DNA from: Tubiluchus corallicola
Taxonomy: Eukaryota > Animalia > Priapulida
Length of the DNA stretch: 64,000 bases
Direction of reading: 5' to 3'
NCBI GenBank assembly: GCA_030141605.1
Contig: JAQGDQ010000365.1
Span: forward strand, 168,643-232,642
Notes under the pieces: model-generated
Database searches by the model: none
Seen by the model: the letters and a program-made list of their open reading frames with translations, nothing else
What the model was told of the DNA's origin: nothing
Shown: in pieces, positions 31,027 to 42,901 of the stretch
Position numbering within the stretch: position 1 is the stretch's first letter
Layout of the letters: each line of letters starts with the position of its first letter
Translations under genes and position numbers: made by a program

Positions 31027-33264
31027 TTAAAATAGAAACTGCAGATTTACTGTAACATTTCGTCCTATTTCTCCTATTCCGTCTACTCGTAAACGGGACA
31101 AATGATTGAAATAATATGTATCAAATAGGTTGTTGATTATTACATTGCAATGCACAGCTTGATTTTTAATGTTTATTTTATTGCCAACACTGAGGTTTAC
31201 TATAGTGTACTCAGGTGTTTCTACTTCAAATGGACCTAAGTTTTTTTGAGCAAAGGCTTGTTTTACCTCTATGTTGAAGTATGGATCGCTTAAAAAACTT
31301 AATTTCTCCTTTTTTAATTTTATTCCTGTTGTTATTGAACCTGGTGGCATAAAAGGCAAATATGAATTGTTTGTTAGTTCTCCTATTACTATTTCTCCAC
31401 CAATGTTAAAGTTCAACCATTTAAATGGCTGATATGCACCATATATCTCTCCCCCATATAAGTTTGCATTGTGTTGTATATATTCGTATATTTTATACTC
31501 TTCAAACATTTCATCAGTAGAAGCAAGATAAATGTAATTTAAGACATAGTTATTGAATAGAGAGAGGCTCAAATAGAATTTTTGAATTTTATAGTTAAAA
31601 TTTAAATCTGCTTGAACATTTTGTTCACTTTTCAAATCAACATTTCCTCTTTCATAACGATTAACAGCGTAGTGTATACCTGATGATTTTAATTCTGATA
31701 GATTTGGAGCACGAAAGCCAGAGGCTACATTGAAACGCAACGATGTTTTTGAGTTTAGGTCATAGATCGCTCCTATAGATGAACTTATATTGTGAAGATT
31801 TTTTTTACCTGGGGTTTTATAATCCTGATCCTCTTTGTTACCCGTTTCTAACATATTTATATGTATTGCATCGTACCTTGCTCCAAGTTGCAACTTTACA
31901 TTATTTATTTCATGTTGAACTAATAGAAATACACCACCATCTACTATGTTGGCGTCAGGAATTAATATTTCATTACCTCTCTTATTAGCATTGTTTTTGT
32001 AAGAAAATGCCATTCCTGATACAAAATTCCATGTTCCTAAACTTTTCCATTCGTTTTTTAAATTGACACTTAAAGTGTTAAGTTGTAAAGCAATATCTTC
32101 TTTTACTACAGGCTCATCGTCATTTTCTTCATACTCATACCTAGTGTTGCCAATGTACCCAACGTTGAGCATTAATTTTGAATCATTGATGAGAAAAATG
32201 TTTTCGCTAGAAATAATATGTGTTTGCAGTTTTTGATAAGGAAAATCTAAATTCCTCTTAGTGGTTTGTTCTGTTACTTCTTCAGGAATAGCTATATTTG
32301 ATCCAACAAAGCTGTACCCTATTGAAGAGACTCCCCAATCTTTTGTAATGCCTGTTTTTAACTTAAACCCTGCTTCATTAAACCTAGAATTTGTTACTCT
32401 TTGCCCATTACCCATTTTGTAATCAGCATGATTTTGATAATTACTGCTTACATTGAAATACATGCTTTCATTAGCACCCTTGATCATCATATTTGTAGAT
32501 GTACCCAAGGTATTACTAAAAAACTTTGTTTGAACATTTCCTTCTATTTTTCCAGCTGCAGGAGGAAGTTCATCAGAAAGGAACAAAACACCTGCTAAGG
32601 CATCTGATCCATACAATAAAGAAGATGGTCCCTTAACTACCTCTGCTTTTCCCAGCCCTGCATCGGTTAGTCCCAAGCCATGTTCATCTCCCCACTGTTG
32701 ATTTTCTAATCTAATCCCTTGAGTGTATACTACTACACGATTATGACTCATACCACGTATGACAGGCTTTCCAATACTAATTCCTGTTGCCACTTGGTTT
32801 ACCCCTTGTATGGAAGTAATCCCTTCCATTAGAGTTGTTGCTCCTCTTTGGTTAATCTCTTCTAAGCCAATAGAAACTATGGGAATAGGGTTTTCACTTT
32901 GCAAATTATCAAGTAATGGAGAAGAGATTACGATTTCATCTGTAAATGTAAGAGAAGTTTCCATTTCAATATCTATATTGACAATATTGTTTTCATTGGT
33001 AACCAAAACGGATTTTGTTATAGTTTTATAGCCAATATAGCTAAATTGTAAGCTGAGATTTTTTCCCTGAGCTGCTTTAAGACGATACCAACCATTGTTA
33101 TCAGAAGAAACACCTTTTTTTAATTCAGGAATGTAAACACTAACTCCAATAAGAGGGGTATTTGTTCCTTTTTCTGTAATAATTCCTTCAATATATTGAG
33201 CCATAGCAAAATGGCATAGAAGCAAAAGTAAAAAGATAGTGGATAATATTTTTTTCATACACAT
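31027..33264 (-). CDS. TonB-dependent receptor
   Basis: N-terminal CarboxypepD_reg-like domain, plug KPVIRG...EVVKGPSSLLYGSDALAGV, GFRAPNLSEL and terminal F. Confidence 0.92.
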   Translation of the reverse strand: MCMKKILSTIFLLLLLCHFAMAQYIEGIITEKGTNTPLIGVSVYIPELKKGVSSDNNGWYRLKAAQGKNLSLQFSYIGYKTITKSVLVTNENNIVNIDIEMETSLTFTDEIVISSPLLDNLQSENPIPIVSIGLEEINQRGATTLMEGITSIQGVNQVATGISIGKPVIRGMSHNRVVVYTQGIRLENQQWGDEHGLGLTDAGLGKAEVVKGPSSLLYGSDALAGVLFLSDELPPAAGKIEGNVQTKFFSNTLGTSTNMMIKGANESMYFNVSSNYQNHADYKMGNGQRVTNSRFNEAGFKLKTGITKDWGVSSIGYSFVGSNIAIPEEVTEQTTKRNLDFPYQKLQTHIISSENIFLINDSKLMLNVGYIGNTRYEYEENDDEPVVKEDIALQLNTLSVNLKNEWKSLGTWNFVSGMAFSYKNNANKRGNEILIPDANIVDGGVFLLVQHEINNVKLQLGARYDAIHINMLETGNKEDQDYKTPGKKNLHNISSSIGAIYDLNSKTSLRFNVASGFRAPNLSELKSSGIHYAVNRYERGNVDLKSEQNVQADLNFNYKIQKFYLSLSLFNNYVLNYIYLASTDEMFEEYKIYEYIQHNANLYGGEIYGAYQPFKWLNFNIGGEIVIGELTNNSYLPFMPPGSITTGIKLKKEKLSFLSDPYFNIEVKQAFAQKNLGPFEVETPEYTIVNLSVGNKINIKNQAVHCNVIINNLFDTYYFNHLSRLRVDGIGEIGRNVTVNLQFLF

Positions 33265-33432
33265 AAATCCTTTATTTTTATTAAGATTAAATTTAAATAA
33301 GCTGCAATATTAATATTTTTCATTGTCAATTAAAAAGAAATGAAATTTATTTTGTCAAATTTTTCAATAAAATTAATTATTAAGATTTTTTATTTATATT
33401 TAAACTTAAAACTTAACAACGACAGTTAATCA

Positions 33433-34751
33433 ATGAAAAAGAACTATTATTTTATACTTCTAATCACGCTTTTATTTTGTTTGCATTATCCTCATCAAAC
33501 TTGGGCGCAGTCAACTAACGAGAAAGAAGCACAAGAATATTACAAACAGGCAAATATACTAAGAAAAGAAGAAAAATGGAGTGAAACTATCAATGAATAT
33601 ACAAAAGCGATAGAGTCTAAACATGACTTTTCGGAGGCATACTACTATCGGGGCAATGTGAAAATTAAAATTGCTGATTATGAAGGAGCCATTCAAGACT
33701 TTGATTCTGCAATGAAATATGACCCACAGAGAACGCCTATTTACTTGAATAATTGCGGTGTCGCCAAAAGAACATTAGGAAATTACCGTGAGGCAATGAA
33801 AGATTTTACAGATGCTATAAGAAGAGATCCAAAATATGCTTTGGCATACAGTAATAGAGGAATAACAAAATATGAGTTGGAGTATTATCAAGAGGCAATA
33901 AAAGATTTTGATAAAGCTATAAAACTTGACCCATCAGACTTTTTTACGCTTATGCAACGTGGATTGGCAAAGCACGATATGGGAAATTTTAAGGAGGCAG
34001 AGAAGGATTTTTCTCACTCAATATCTATTAATCAAAACTTTAAAACTATATTTTATTACAGAGGATTGACTAGGCAATTGTTAGGTAGCAATGCAAAGGC
34101 GATATCTGACTTTTCTACTGTGTTGGAGGATGAACCTTCAAACGCAAATGCTTATTTTTACCGTGGAAAATCAAAATATTTTCGCCAAGACTATACAGAT
34201 GCTATAGAAGATTTTAATAAAACAATAGAATTAAAAAGCAACCATGCAGAGGCGTATAATAATAGGGCGAATGCAAAGTATGCTTTAAAACAAGTAGATG
34301 AGGCTATGGAAGATTACTCTAAAGCCATTGAACTTTATAGTGATTATTTGGAGGCATATTACAATAGAGCATCTGTACGACAAGCAGAGTATGATGACTT
34401 AGAGGGAGCATTATCAGACTATAATAGCGTATTGGACATAGATCCGTTTGATAATGAAGCGTTATATCATCGTGCCGAAATAAAATATCTTTTGAATGAT
34501 TTTAAAGGTTCTATTGTAGATTTTGATAAGGCAGAGGAGATTTCTTCACAAAAATTTATGACCAAAGAGTTTTATTATTATCGGGGGCTTGCATTATATT
34601 ATTATTACTTAGAAAGGGTTAAAGCTGATCCGACAGGAAATTACGATGATTTGCTTGTTGGTGCTTGTCAGACCTAACAGTTGCTGATAATTTATTTCAT
34701 TCTAATGCTAATAGAATGAAAAAAAAGCTAAAAATGTTGCCTTGTAGATAA
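33433..34751 (+). CDS. Exported tetratricopeptide repeat protein (probable frameshift near 34668)
   Basis: About 10 TPR units (AYYYRG, AYSNRG, AYNNRA). An alternative frame continues DLTVADNLFHSNANRMKKKLKMLPCR to TAA at 34749-34751. Confidence 0.85.
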
Positions 34752-34767
34752 AAAGGAGCTCTTAAAG

Positions 34768-35631
34768 CTACCGATTTTTTATATCTATTCCCATCAAAAT
34801 GTATCTTATAATGTTTGCTTTTTTCATTAAAAGTTTGCTTGATTCAAAGTCATCAGATTCAATAATTTTTTTAAAGCTTTGAAGTTTTTTAATATATAAG
34901 TCAAGGGACTCAATAACATTGTCTTTGTTTTGCTCAAAAATAGGAGCCCACATTTCAGGGGAGCTTTTGGCTAATCGTGCCGTAGAGGAGAACCCACTTC
35001 CTGCCATATAAAATATATTTCTTTCTTTTTTTTCTTTTTCAAGCACCGTAAGCCCCAAGGCAAACGAACTAATGTGGCTAAGATGTGACACAAAAGCAAT
35101 ATGTTTATCATGTTCTTTTGACGACATATAGTTAATGTGCATATTTATATTTTTATATGTTTTTTTGACAACTTCCAGCTTATCTTTATCGCTTTTTTCC
35201 TTATCACAAATAATCATCATCTTGTTGTAAAGCAGCGTAGAAAATGCGGCTTCTATTCCTGAATTTTCTGTTCCAGCAATGGGGTGGCAAGCAATGTAAG
35301 AAGCTCTGTTTTTATGGTTGGCTACTTTGTTGCATATTACTTCTTTTGTAGAACCAAAATCTACTACTATAGCATTGGGTTTCATTAAATCTAAAACTTG
35401 TAAGATTTGTTCAGCAATAATGTTTACAGGAGTTGCCAATACTATTATATCTGCTTTTTTTACTCCTGTTGTTAAGTCTGCACATTCATCAATAGCGTTT
35501 AGTTCCAATGCTTTGTCAAGATTATCTTTATTGACATCTACACCAGTAACGTAATTTTTCTGTGTAGTATTTTTTATTCCAAGAGCAAAAGATCCTCCAA
35601 GTAAACCCACACCTACAATGCAAAAATTCAT
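34768..35631 (-). CDS. tyrA: Prephenate dehydrogenase
   Basis: GVGLLGGS, DFGSTK, HPIAGTE, HDKHIAFVSHLSH and RLAKSSPEMW. Confidence 0.93.
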   Translation of the reverse strand: MNFCIVGVGLLGGSFALGIKNTTQKNYVTGVDVNKDNLDKALELNAIDECADLTTGVKKADIIVLATPVNIIAEQILQVLDLMKPNAIVVDFGSTKEVICNKVANHKNRASYIACHPIAGTENSGIEAAFSTLLYNKMMIICDKEKSDKDKLEVVKKTYKNINMHINYMSSKEHDKHIAFVSHLSHISSFALGLTVLEKEKKERNIFYMAGSGFSSTARLAKSSPEMWAPIFEQNKDNVIESLDLYIKKLQSFKKIIESDDFESSKLLMKKANIIRYILMGIDIKNR

Positions 35632-36812
35632 AACTGTTTTATTTTTTTTAGATTAATATTTTTTAAGCGTTTTAGGGCTATGCTCAGTAAATTTTCTTTG
35701 ACACACAAAGATGCTCGTAAGTACCTTTCTCCTTTTTGTCCAAAGATAAACCCTGGGGCAATAAATATATTATGTTGATAAAGTATATAATCTGCCATTT
35801 TTTTGGATGAGCTGACATCATCAGGAATTTTTGCCCATATAAACAAACCTTCTTGGTTTTTATCATAAGTGCACTCTAATTGGTTGAATATTTCGTATAC
35901 TGTATTACGTCTTTTTTTATATATATTATTATTGTTTTGATGCCACTCAGAAGAGTTTAAAAGAGCAAAAGAAGCGGCTAATTGTAATGGGGAAAACATG
36001 CCTGAATCTACATTGCTTTTTACTTTTAGTATTGTGTCAATGTATTCTTTTTTGCCAGATACCCATCCTACTCTCCATCCTGCCATATTGTGAGATTTAC
36101 TCATAGAGTTTAGCTCTATAGCACAATTCTTTGCGTTTTTGATGGAAAGCAGACTAATGGGCTTGCTTTCGTTGAGTATTAGGCTATAAGGGTTATCATG
36201 ACATAAAAGAATTTTTTTTCGCATTGCAAAGTTTACAAACTTTTCAAATAGTTGTTTTGAGGCTTTTGCTCCTGTGGGCATGTTTGGATAGTTTAGCCAC
36301 ATAAGCTTTACGCCTTGCAGATCCATTTTGTCAAGGGTGTCAAAATCGGGTTGCCAGCTCTTTTTTTCTAATAAGGGATACGTAATAACTTCTGATTCTA
36401 ACATTTCAGCAACGGCACGATAGACAGGATAGCCTACTTCGGGAATCAGCACTTTGTCACCTTTGTTAAGAAATGCAAGGGATATGTGGGTTATGCCTTC
36501 CTTTGAGCCTATTAAAGGAAGGATGTCATCGTCAAAATTTAGCTTTACGTTATAATTTTTTTCATACCAGTGGCTTATAGCTTTTCTTAGCTCAGGTATT
36601 CCTCTATAAGAAGAGTAACCATGAGCATTGTCTTTTTGAACTTCTTTTATTAATGCATCAATAGTTAATGGAGATGGTGGCATATCAGGATTGCCAATTG
36701 CCATGTTGATTATGTCCTTGCCTATATCTGTTAATTTTCTTATTTCATTTAACTTAGTAGAGAAATAATATTCATTGATTTTATTTAATCTGTTGGCTGT
36801 TTTTATTATCAT
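35628..36812 (-). CDS. Class I/II PLP-dependent aminotransferase
   Basis: GNPD, GSKEGI, NYPNMPTG, DNPY and SMSKSHNMAGWRVG; overlaps the tyrA start. Confidence 0.9.
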   Translation of the reverse strand: MIIKTANRLNKINEYYFSTKLNEIRKLTDIGKDIINMAIGNPDMPPSPLTIDALIKEVQKDNAHGYSSYRGIPELRKAISHWYEKNYNVKLNFDDDILPLIGSKEGITHISLAFLNKGDKVLIPEVGYPVYRAVAEMLESEVITYPLLEKKSWQPDFDTLDKMDLQGVKLMWLNYPNMPTGAKASKQLFEKFVNFAMRKKILLCHDNPYSLILNESKPISLLSIKNAKNCAIELNSMSKSHNMAGWRVGWVSGKKEYIDTILKVKSNVDSGMFSPLQLAASFALLNSSEWHQNNNNIYKKRRNTVYEIFNQLECTYDKNQEGLFIWAKIPDDVSSSKKMADYILYQHNIFIAPGFIFGQKGERYLRASLCVKENLLSIALKRLKNINLKKIKQL

Positions 36813-36849
36813 TTATCTGTTTTTATTGTATAGAATTTTTAATAGACAC

Positions 36850-36887
36850 AAAAAAAATACTGCCCGAAATTAGGCAGTATTTTTTTT
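36850..36887 (-). terminator. Intrinsic terminator downstream of degP
   Basis: AAAAAAAATACTGCC-loop-GGCAGTATTTTTTTT. Confidence 0.8.
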
Positions 36888-36903
36888 GACTAATTTCAGA
36901 GAG

Positions 36904-38379
36904 TTACCAACCTATGCCATAATATACTTCTTTTCCATCTTCATAAACACCTTGTATCAATAAGCCTCCTTTTTTATTATAAAGCATAGAAGCAAAATCA
37001 TCTACATTAGAAACAGGAACTTTGTCTATAGCAGTTATAATAAATCCTATTTTCAATCCTGCATCTTTCCAATTTCCATTTCCTAACTTTATTAGCTTTA
37101 CTCCTCCTTCAATATTGTGTTTATTTATTTCTTGTTCGGTGAGATTTTTAAACACGCCTCCTGCTATTTGAATTTCTTGACTTGCTTTTATAACAGATGT
37201 GTTGTTTGCTACGTTCTTTAATGTAGCGTCAGTTGTTTTTTTATCGCCATTTCTAATATAAGTAACTTTTATTTTATCACCAGGGCGATGCAAAGCAATA
37301 TGTTCTTGTAACTCTGCAACATTATTTATAGGTTTGTCATTAATGGCAATAATAATGTCTTCGGACTTTAACTTTGCTTCATCTGCTGAACCACCTGGCA
37401 CAACATCGCTTATGTACACTCCTGCCAACTGCTTCACTTTATTTTTAATTCGGGAGTCTGTGACGTCTTGTATACTAATTCCTAATAAGGCTCTTTGTAC
37501 AGTTCCAAATTCTATTAAATCTTCCGTTACTTTTTTCACGATAGATGCGGGTACGGCAAATGCGTATCCTGCATAAGTGCCAGTTGTAGTGGCAATAGCT
37601 GTGTTTACTCCTACCAACTCTCCTCTTAAATTTACCAATGCTCCTCCGCTATTACCTACATTAATAGCAGCGTCAGTTTGTATAAACGATTCTATGCTAT
37701 ATTGCCGTCTTAGAATACCAATATTTCTTGTTTTTGCACTTACAATGCCTGCCGTTACGGTTGATTCTAAATCAAAGGGATTCCCTACTGCCAGCACCCA
37801 TTCCCCTACCTGCAAATTTTCTGAATTACCATATTTAAGATAACTTAGTGCTTCGGCATCTATTTTTATTACTGCAAGGTCAGTATTAGGGTCTGTTCCT
37901 ATTACGGTTGCTTGATACTCTCTTTTATCAGAAAGTGAAATACTAATGTTACTAGCATTTTCTATTACATGATGATTTGTTACGATATATCCATCAGGTC
38001 TTATAATTACTCCAGAGCCAGAAGCTTTTCCTTCTCTGTAAGGAGCATCAAAGGGAGATTGTCCAAAAAACTCTTTAAACACGTCACCAAGAGGGTTTTG
38101 TGGATTTTTATTAGGAGTTTTTATTGTTGACTTTATATGCACTACACACTCTTTGGAAATGTTGGCAGCATAAACGAAATTTAATCCATTAGGAACGATG
38201 GCGTTAGAAGAGTCAGAAATCCAGTTGACAAATTTTAAATTGTCGTTGCTTGTTGTTATATAACGATAATTTTGATCATGACCAAAAATAAAGGTATAAA
38301 GAGCTAATGACAGCACTGCTCCTACAATAGATGCAACAACCAAATTTATGAATGAATTGCTTTTTTTTGATGATTTCAT
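36904..38379 (-). CDS. degP: Do/HtrA family serine protease with PDZ domains
   Basis: GSGVII, TNHHV, DLAVIK and QTDAAINVGNSGG, followed by PDZ domains. Confidence 0.92.
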   Translation of the reverse strand: MKSSKKSNSFINLVVASIVGAVLSLALYTFIFGHDQNYRYITTSNDNLKFVNWISDSSNAIVPNGLNFVYAANISKECVVHIKSTIKTPNKNPQNPLGDVFKEFFGQSPFDAPYREGKASGSGVIIRPDGYIVTNHHVIENASNISISLSDKREYQATVIGTDPNTDLAVIKIDAEALSYLKYGNSENLQVGEWVLAVGNPFDLESTVTAGIVSAKTRNIGILRRQYSIESFIQTDAAINVGNSGGALVNLRGELVGVNTAIATTTGTYAGYAFAVPASIVKKVTEDLIEFGTVQRALLGISIQDVTDSRIKNKVKQLAGVYISDVVPGGSADEAKLKSEDIIIAINDKPINNVAELQEHIALHRPGDKIKVTYIRNGDKKTTDATLKNVANNTSVIKASQEIQIAGGVFKNLTEQEINKHNIEGGVKLIKLGNGNWKDAGLKIGFIITAIDKVPVSNVDDFASMLYNKKGGLLIQGVYEDGKEVYYGIGW

Positions 38380-38487
38380 TATTTTCACGTTAATTTATTG
38401 TCGAATATAAATAACACTTAACCTACAAAATTAAATTGTTTTTTTATTTATATCAAACTAAATTCACAAAAAATCACTAAATTTATT

Positions 38488-39084
38488 ATGCGCATAAAAG
38501 GGTTCAAATTTTTATTTCAAATATCATTGACAGAAGCTAAGGGTTTTGTAATATTGATAGGCAGTTTATCTATTCTGTTATTATTCTATTTTTTGCCTTT
38601 TTCTTCGTCACAAGATATTAATTTTCAGGAAAAACAGATGTTGGATAGTATAGCTCTATTATTAGATAGAAAATTTACTCATGATAAATTAACGATAGAT
38701 AGTAAAAGGCAAGACATAAATATAACAGGGCGACAAGCATTAATGAAAATTAAAGGAGTAGGAGATAAAGTTTCTAACAGAATAATTGATTACAGGCAGC
38801 GTTTGGGAGGGTTTATAAGTGAAAGTCAATACAAAGAAATATCTAAATTAAATCATAAAGCAATAGAAGCAATGAAAACAAATTTTTATATAGGCGAAAC
38901 TTTCATTCCTACAAAAATTAATGTTAATCAAGACACACTATTAAGCCATCCCTATTTTTCTGAGATTCATATTGAAAAGATATTAGAATATCGCCAAAAC
39001 GTAAAAATAGATGAAGCAGAGTTTAAAAAAATAATAGAAGATGAAGAGTTATATAATAAAATATTACCATATATTAGATTCTAA
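38488..39084 (+). CDS. ComEA-like helix-hairpin-helix protein
   Basis: N-terminal TM segment; DINI...LMKIKGVG...RIIDYRQRLGGF and KINVN...HPYF. Confidence 0.8.
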   Translation: MRIKGFKFLFQISLTEAKGFVILIGSLSILLLFYFLPFSSSQDINFQEKQMLDSIALLLDRKFTHDKLTIDSKRQDINITGRQALMKIKGVGDKVSNRIIDYRQRLGGFISESQYKEISKLNHKAIEAMKTNFYIGETFIPTKINVNQDTLLSHPYFSEIHIEKILEYRQNVKIDEAEFKKIIEDEELYNKILPYIRF

Positions 39085-39085
39085 T

Positions 39086-39589
39086 ATGACAAGAAATAAG
39101 AAATGTTACTCTATTTTATTGGTGGTTTTTTTGCTATTTGTAAGTGCTTGTTCTCACCGAACCAAGCCTTCTGGTAGCACCAAGTCATTGTCTAAACTCA
39201 AAAAAATAGATTTAGTGGTAGAAAAAGCGCAATCTTTTATGGGAACACCGTACAGATATGGAGGAACTACGGTGTTAGGTATAGATTGTTCAGGATTACT
39301 AATGAGAAGTTTTGAGGCTATAAATGTATACATTCCAAGAACAACTTCTGAGCAATGTAAAGTGGGTAAGCAAGTCACCATTTCTCAATTGAGACGTGGT
39401 GACTTATTATTTTTTTCTGATAAACCTAATAAAAAAACAATAACCCATGCCGGATTGGTCTCAAAAGTGGTCAATGCCAATGAAATTATTTTTGTTCATG
39501 CCTCTTCTAGTAAAGGAGTAATAGAAAACAACCTAAACTCAAACTACTATAAAAAAAGATTTGTAACTGCCAGAAGAATAATTTATTAA
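39086..39589 (+). CDS. NlpC/P60 (C40) peptidoglycan endopeptidase lipoprotein
   Basis: Lipobox VSAC, GTPYRYGG, DCSG, GDLLFF, HAGL and HASSS. Confidence 0.92.
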   Translation: MTRNKKCYSILLVVFLLFVSACSHRTKPSGSTKSLSKLKKIDLVVEKAQSFMGTPYRYGGTTVLGIDCSGLLMRSFEAINVYIPRTTSEQCKVGKQVTISQLRRGDLLFFSDKPNKKTITHAGLVSKVVNANEIIFVHASSSKGVIENNLNSNYYKKRFVTARRIIY

Positions 39590-39790
39590 ACCCTTAATAA
39601 ATTAAGGCATTATTATTTTTTCAACATTAATTTTTTTAAAAGAAATCATCAAAAAGTTTGCATATATAATAAAAAATAATGAAATTTCGTTGCATGCAAG
39701 TTTAAAGCTAAACTTTACATTTAATTTATGTTACACTTTACAAATGCGTATTAAGTGTTAAAAATATTGTTTAATTTAAAAACTAATTTT

Positions 39791-42700
39791 ATGAAATATT
39801 CCTATCAACAATTATTTTCCTGCATCATTATCTTATTAATAATATCAGGAAGTGCATATGCACAAAGCACCATTACCGTAAAAGGTAAGGTTACAGATGC
39901 CTTAGGAGAAGGATTGCCCGGAGTAAATATTTCTGTTAAAAATACAAACACAGGAACAGTTTCGGACCTAGATGGCAATTATTCTTTAAGCGTAACTGAA
40001 AATGCTACTATAGTATTTACAGCCATAGGACTTATGCCTGTTGAAGAAAATGTAAATAGTAGAACGAAAATTGATGTTACAATGCAAGAAGATGTGAAAG
40101 AGCTAAAAGATGTTGTAATTACGGCATTAGGTATAGAGCGAGAAGCCAAAGCACTATCTTATGGAGCGACACAAATTGGGGGGGACGAATTGGTAGAAGC
40201 AAGAGAAGCAAACATCATCAATAACTTGTCAGGTAAAATGGCAGGTGTACAAATCAACCAGGCAGGAGGAGGAGCAGGAAGTTCTACACGAATTACAATT
40301 AGAGGAAATAGCTTTTTAGGAAGCAATAACCAGCCGCTAGTTGTTGTAGATGGTGTGCCTATTGATAACATGGGTAAATCTACAGATGACCCATGGGGGA
40401 ATAGGCAAATAGATTATGGTAATGGATTGTCAGATATTAACCCTGATAATATAGAGTCAATATCTGTCTTGAAAGGTCCTGCTGCCTCTGCGCTTTATGG
40501 CTCTAGGGCTGGTAGTGGGGTTATTATGGTTACTACCAAAAGTGGAAAGGTTGACAAAGCATTGGGGATAACTTTAAACTCTAATACTACTTTTGAAATG
40601 CCAAGAAGTTATTTAAAAATGCAAAATGAATATGGACAAGGAACAGGGGGCGAATTCCAACCAAACTATTCTGGCAGTTGGGGAAGTCCAATAGATGGGC
40701 GAATGGTTACAGATTGGACAGGTGAAAATAGACCTCTTGTAGCAGAAGGAAATGATATATCAAAAGATTATTTTCAAACAGGTGTAAATACTCAAAATAC
40801 TATTTCACTATCAGCATCAGGAAAGGGTTATAGTTCAATAAACTCATTTTCACACAACTATGGAAAGGGGGTTATGCCCACTAATGAACTGAAAAGATTT
40901 ATGTTAAGTACCAAATCTCTTTTTGATCTAGGAAAACAATTTAGTTCAGAATACAGCATAAATTACACTAACTCAACAGGAAACAACAGACCAAAATTAG
41001 CAGCAGACCCTGATAACCTTATTTTTAACTACGTTACAATGCCTAGAAGCGTAAGTTATAGAGATCTAGAACATCGATTGCGACGTCCAGGAGAATATAG
41101 ACCATGGGGATGGGTTGACAATGATAACGGCAAGGTGTTAAATCCCTATTTTTCTAATAAATATAATACCAATGAGGACAATAGGCATAGAACAATGGGG
41201 TATGGAATGCTTAAGTTTAAACAAAGCGAAATATTTAGTACTCATGTAAAGTATGGGTTTGACTTCTTTTCTTTTAGAAAAAGAAATCAATTAGGAACAG
41301 GAGTACCCTATTGGGTAGATGGAAAAGGGGGAATAACAGAAGAAAAAGAGCAAGGTTTGGAACAAAACATTGAGATATTGAGTCGATTAGGAAAGGATAA
41401 CATTGCTAATTCACCCTTTTCTGGAAGCTTAACTTTTGGAGGGAATTTTATGTTTCAAGATGGCAACTTAATAAAGGCAGAGGTATTAAATTTGTTAGTG
41501 CCTGACTTTTATTCTATTAACAATGCTGTGCCAGGAAAGTTTCTTCTTGAGGAAAAGATTCGTCAAAAAAGAATCTTTTCCGTATTTGGTATGGGACAAC
41601 TGTCATATAATAACTACCTTTATTTGGATGTAACTTTTAGAAATGATTGGTCATCGGCATTGCCACCAGAACACTGGTCGTACTTTTATCCTTCTGTAGG
41701 TTTAAGTGCTGTAATATCTGATATGATGGAGGTTCCTCAGTGGCTTAGTTTTTTTAAATTAAGAGCATCTTATGCAGAGGTGGGTAATGATACAGATCCG
41801 TATCGATTATATTTGACCAATGAAATAGAAATACAGGAGAGGCTGTACAACCTGATATTAAACCAAATTCAAGTTTAAGACCAGAAAGGTTAAAATCTAT
41901 TGAAGGAGGTTTAGAAGCAAAGTTTTTCATGGATAGACTAGGTTTAGACTTTACTTATTATAGAAATGATGCGACAGATCAAATAGTAAAACTACCTGTA
42001 AACCCATCAACGGGCTTTAACTATGAACTTATTAATGCAGGAAACGTTAGAAACTCAGGTATGGAAATTATATTAAGTGGCGTAATTATAAAGCAACAAA
42101 ATTTCACATGGGAAATGAGTATAAACTGGACACGTAACGTAAATAAAATAATAGAACTCACTGAAACAGAAAAACAACAAATTTTAAATGACGATGCTGT
42201 AGGAGATGCCTTCCCTCTTCTTGTTGCAAGAGAAAATGGCGGTTTTGGAGATATATATGCCTATACTTACAAGACAAATGATGAAGGTGATTTGATTTTA
42301 AATGCAAGTGGAGAGTTTCAACGAAGTGAAGAACGTGTATTGGTTGGAAACTTCACTCCTGACTGGTTTGGAGGCATATCCTCATCATTTGTGTATAGAA
42401 CACCTGCAATGGGGCAAATATCGCTTAGAGTATTATTTGACGTAAGACAAGGAGGAGAAATTTATTCGGGAACACTGGCTACTGCGGCAGCATCAGGAAC
42501 AAGTGCCATGACGGCTGAAAATAATAGAAACGATTATGTCATTACTGGTGTAGATGTTGATGGAAATCCTCAGCAGGGAACTATGAGTGCACAAGCTTAT
42601 TGGCAGGCGAAATCTAGCATACAATCTGAGTGGGTATATGATGCAAGCGAATTTACTTTTAGAGAACTTACAGTAGGATATAGTTTCCCAAAACAACTTT

Positions 42701-42879
42701 TTGAAGAAAAACCCATTCAAAACGTTATGATTAGTTTTGTTGCCAGAAACTTACACACTTGGAACAAACTAAATGGTATACCAGCATCATCTTTTACAAG
42801 TTCTAACCAACAAGGATGGGAGTATTATACAATGCCTCTAACCACCACATTAGGATTTAATTTAAAAGTAGGCTTCTAA
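39791..42879 (+). CDS. SusC/RagA TonB-linked outer membrane protein (frameshift near 41830)
   Basis: VVITALGI, QPLVVVDGVP and SVLKGPAASALYGSRAGSGVI. The bridging frame PNSSLRPERLKSIEGGLEAKFF joins ORF 41929-42879, which ends GFNLKVGF. Confidence 0.93.
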
Positions 42880-42901
42880 TTTACTAAAACTCTTTAATGT
42901 C

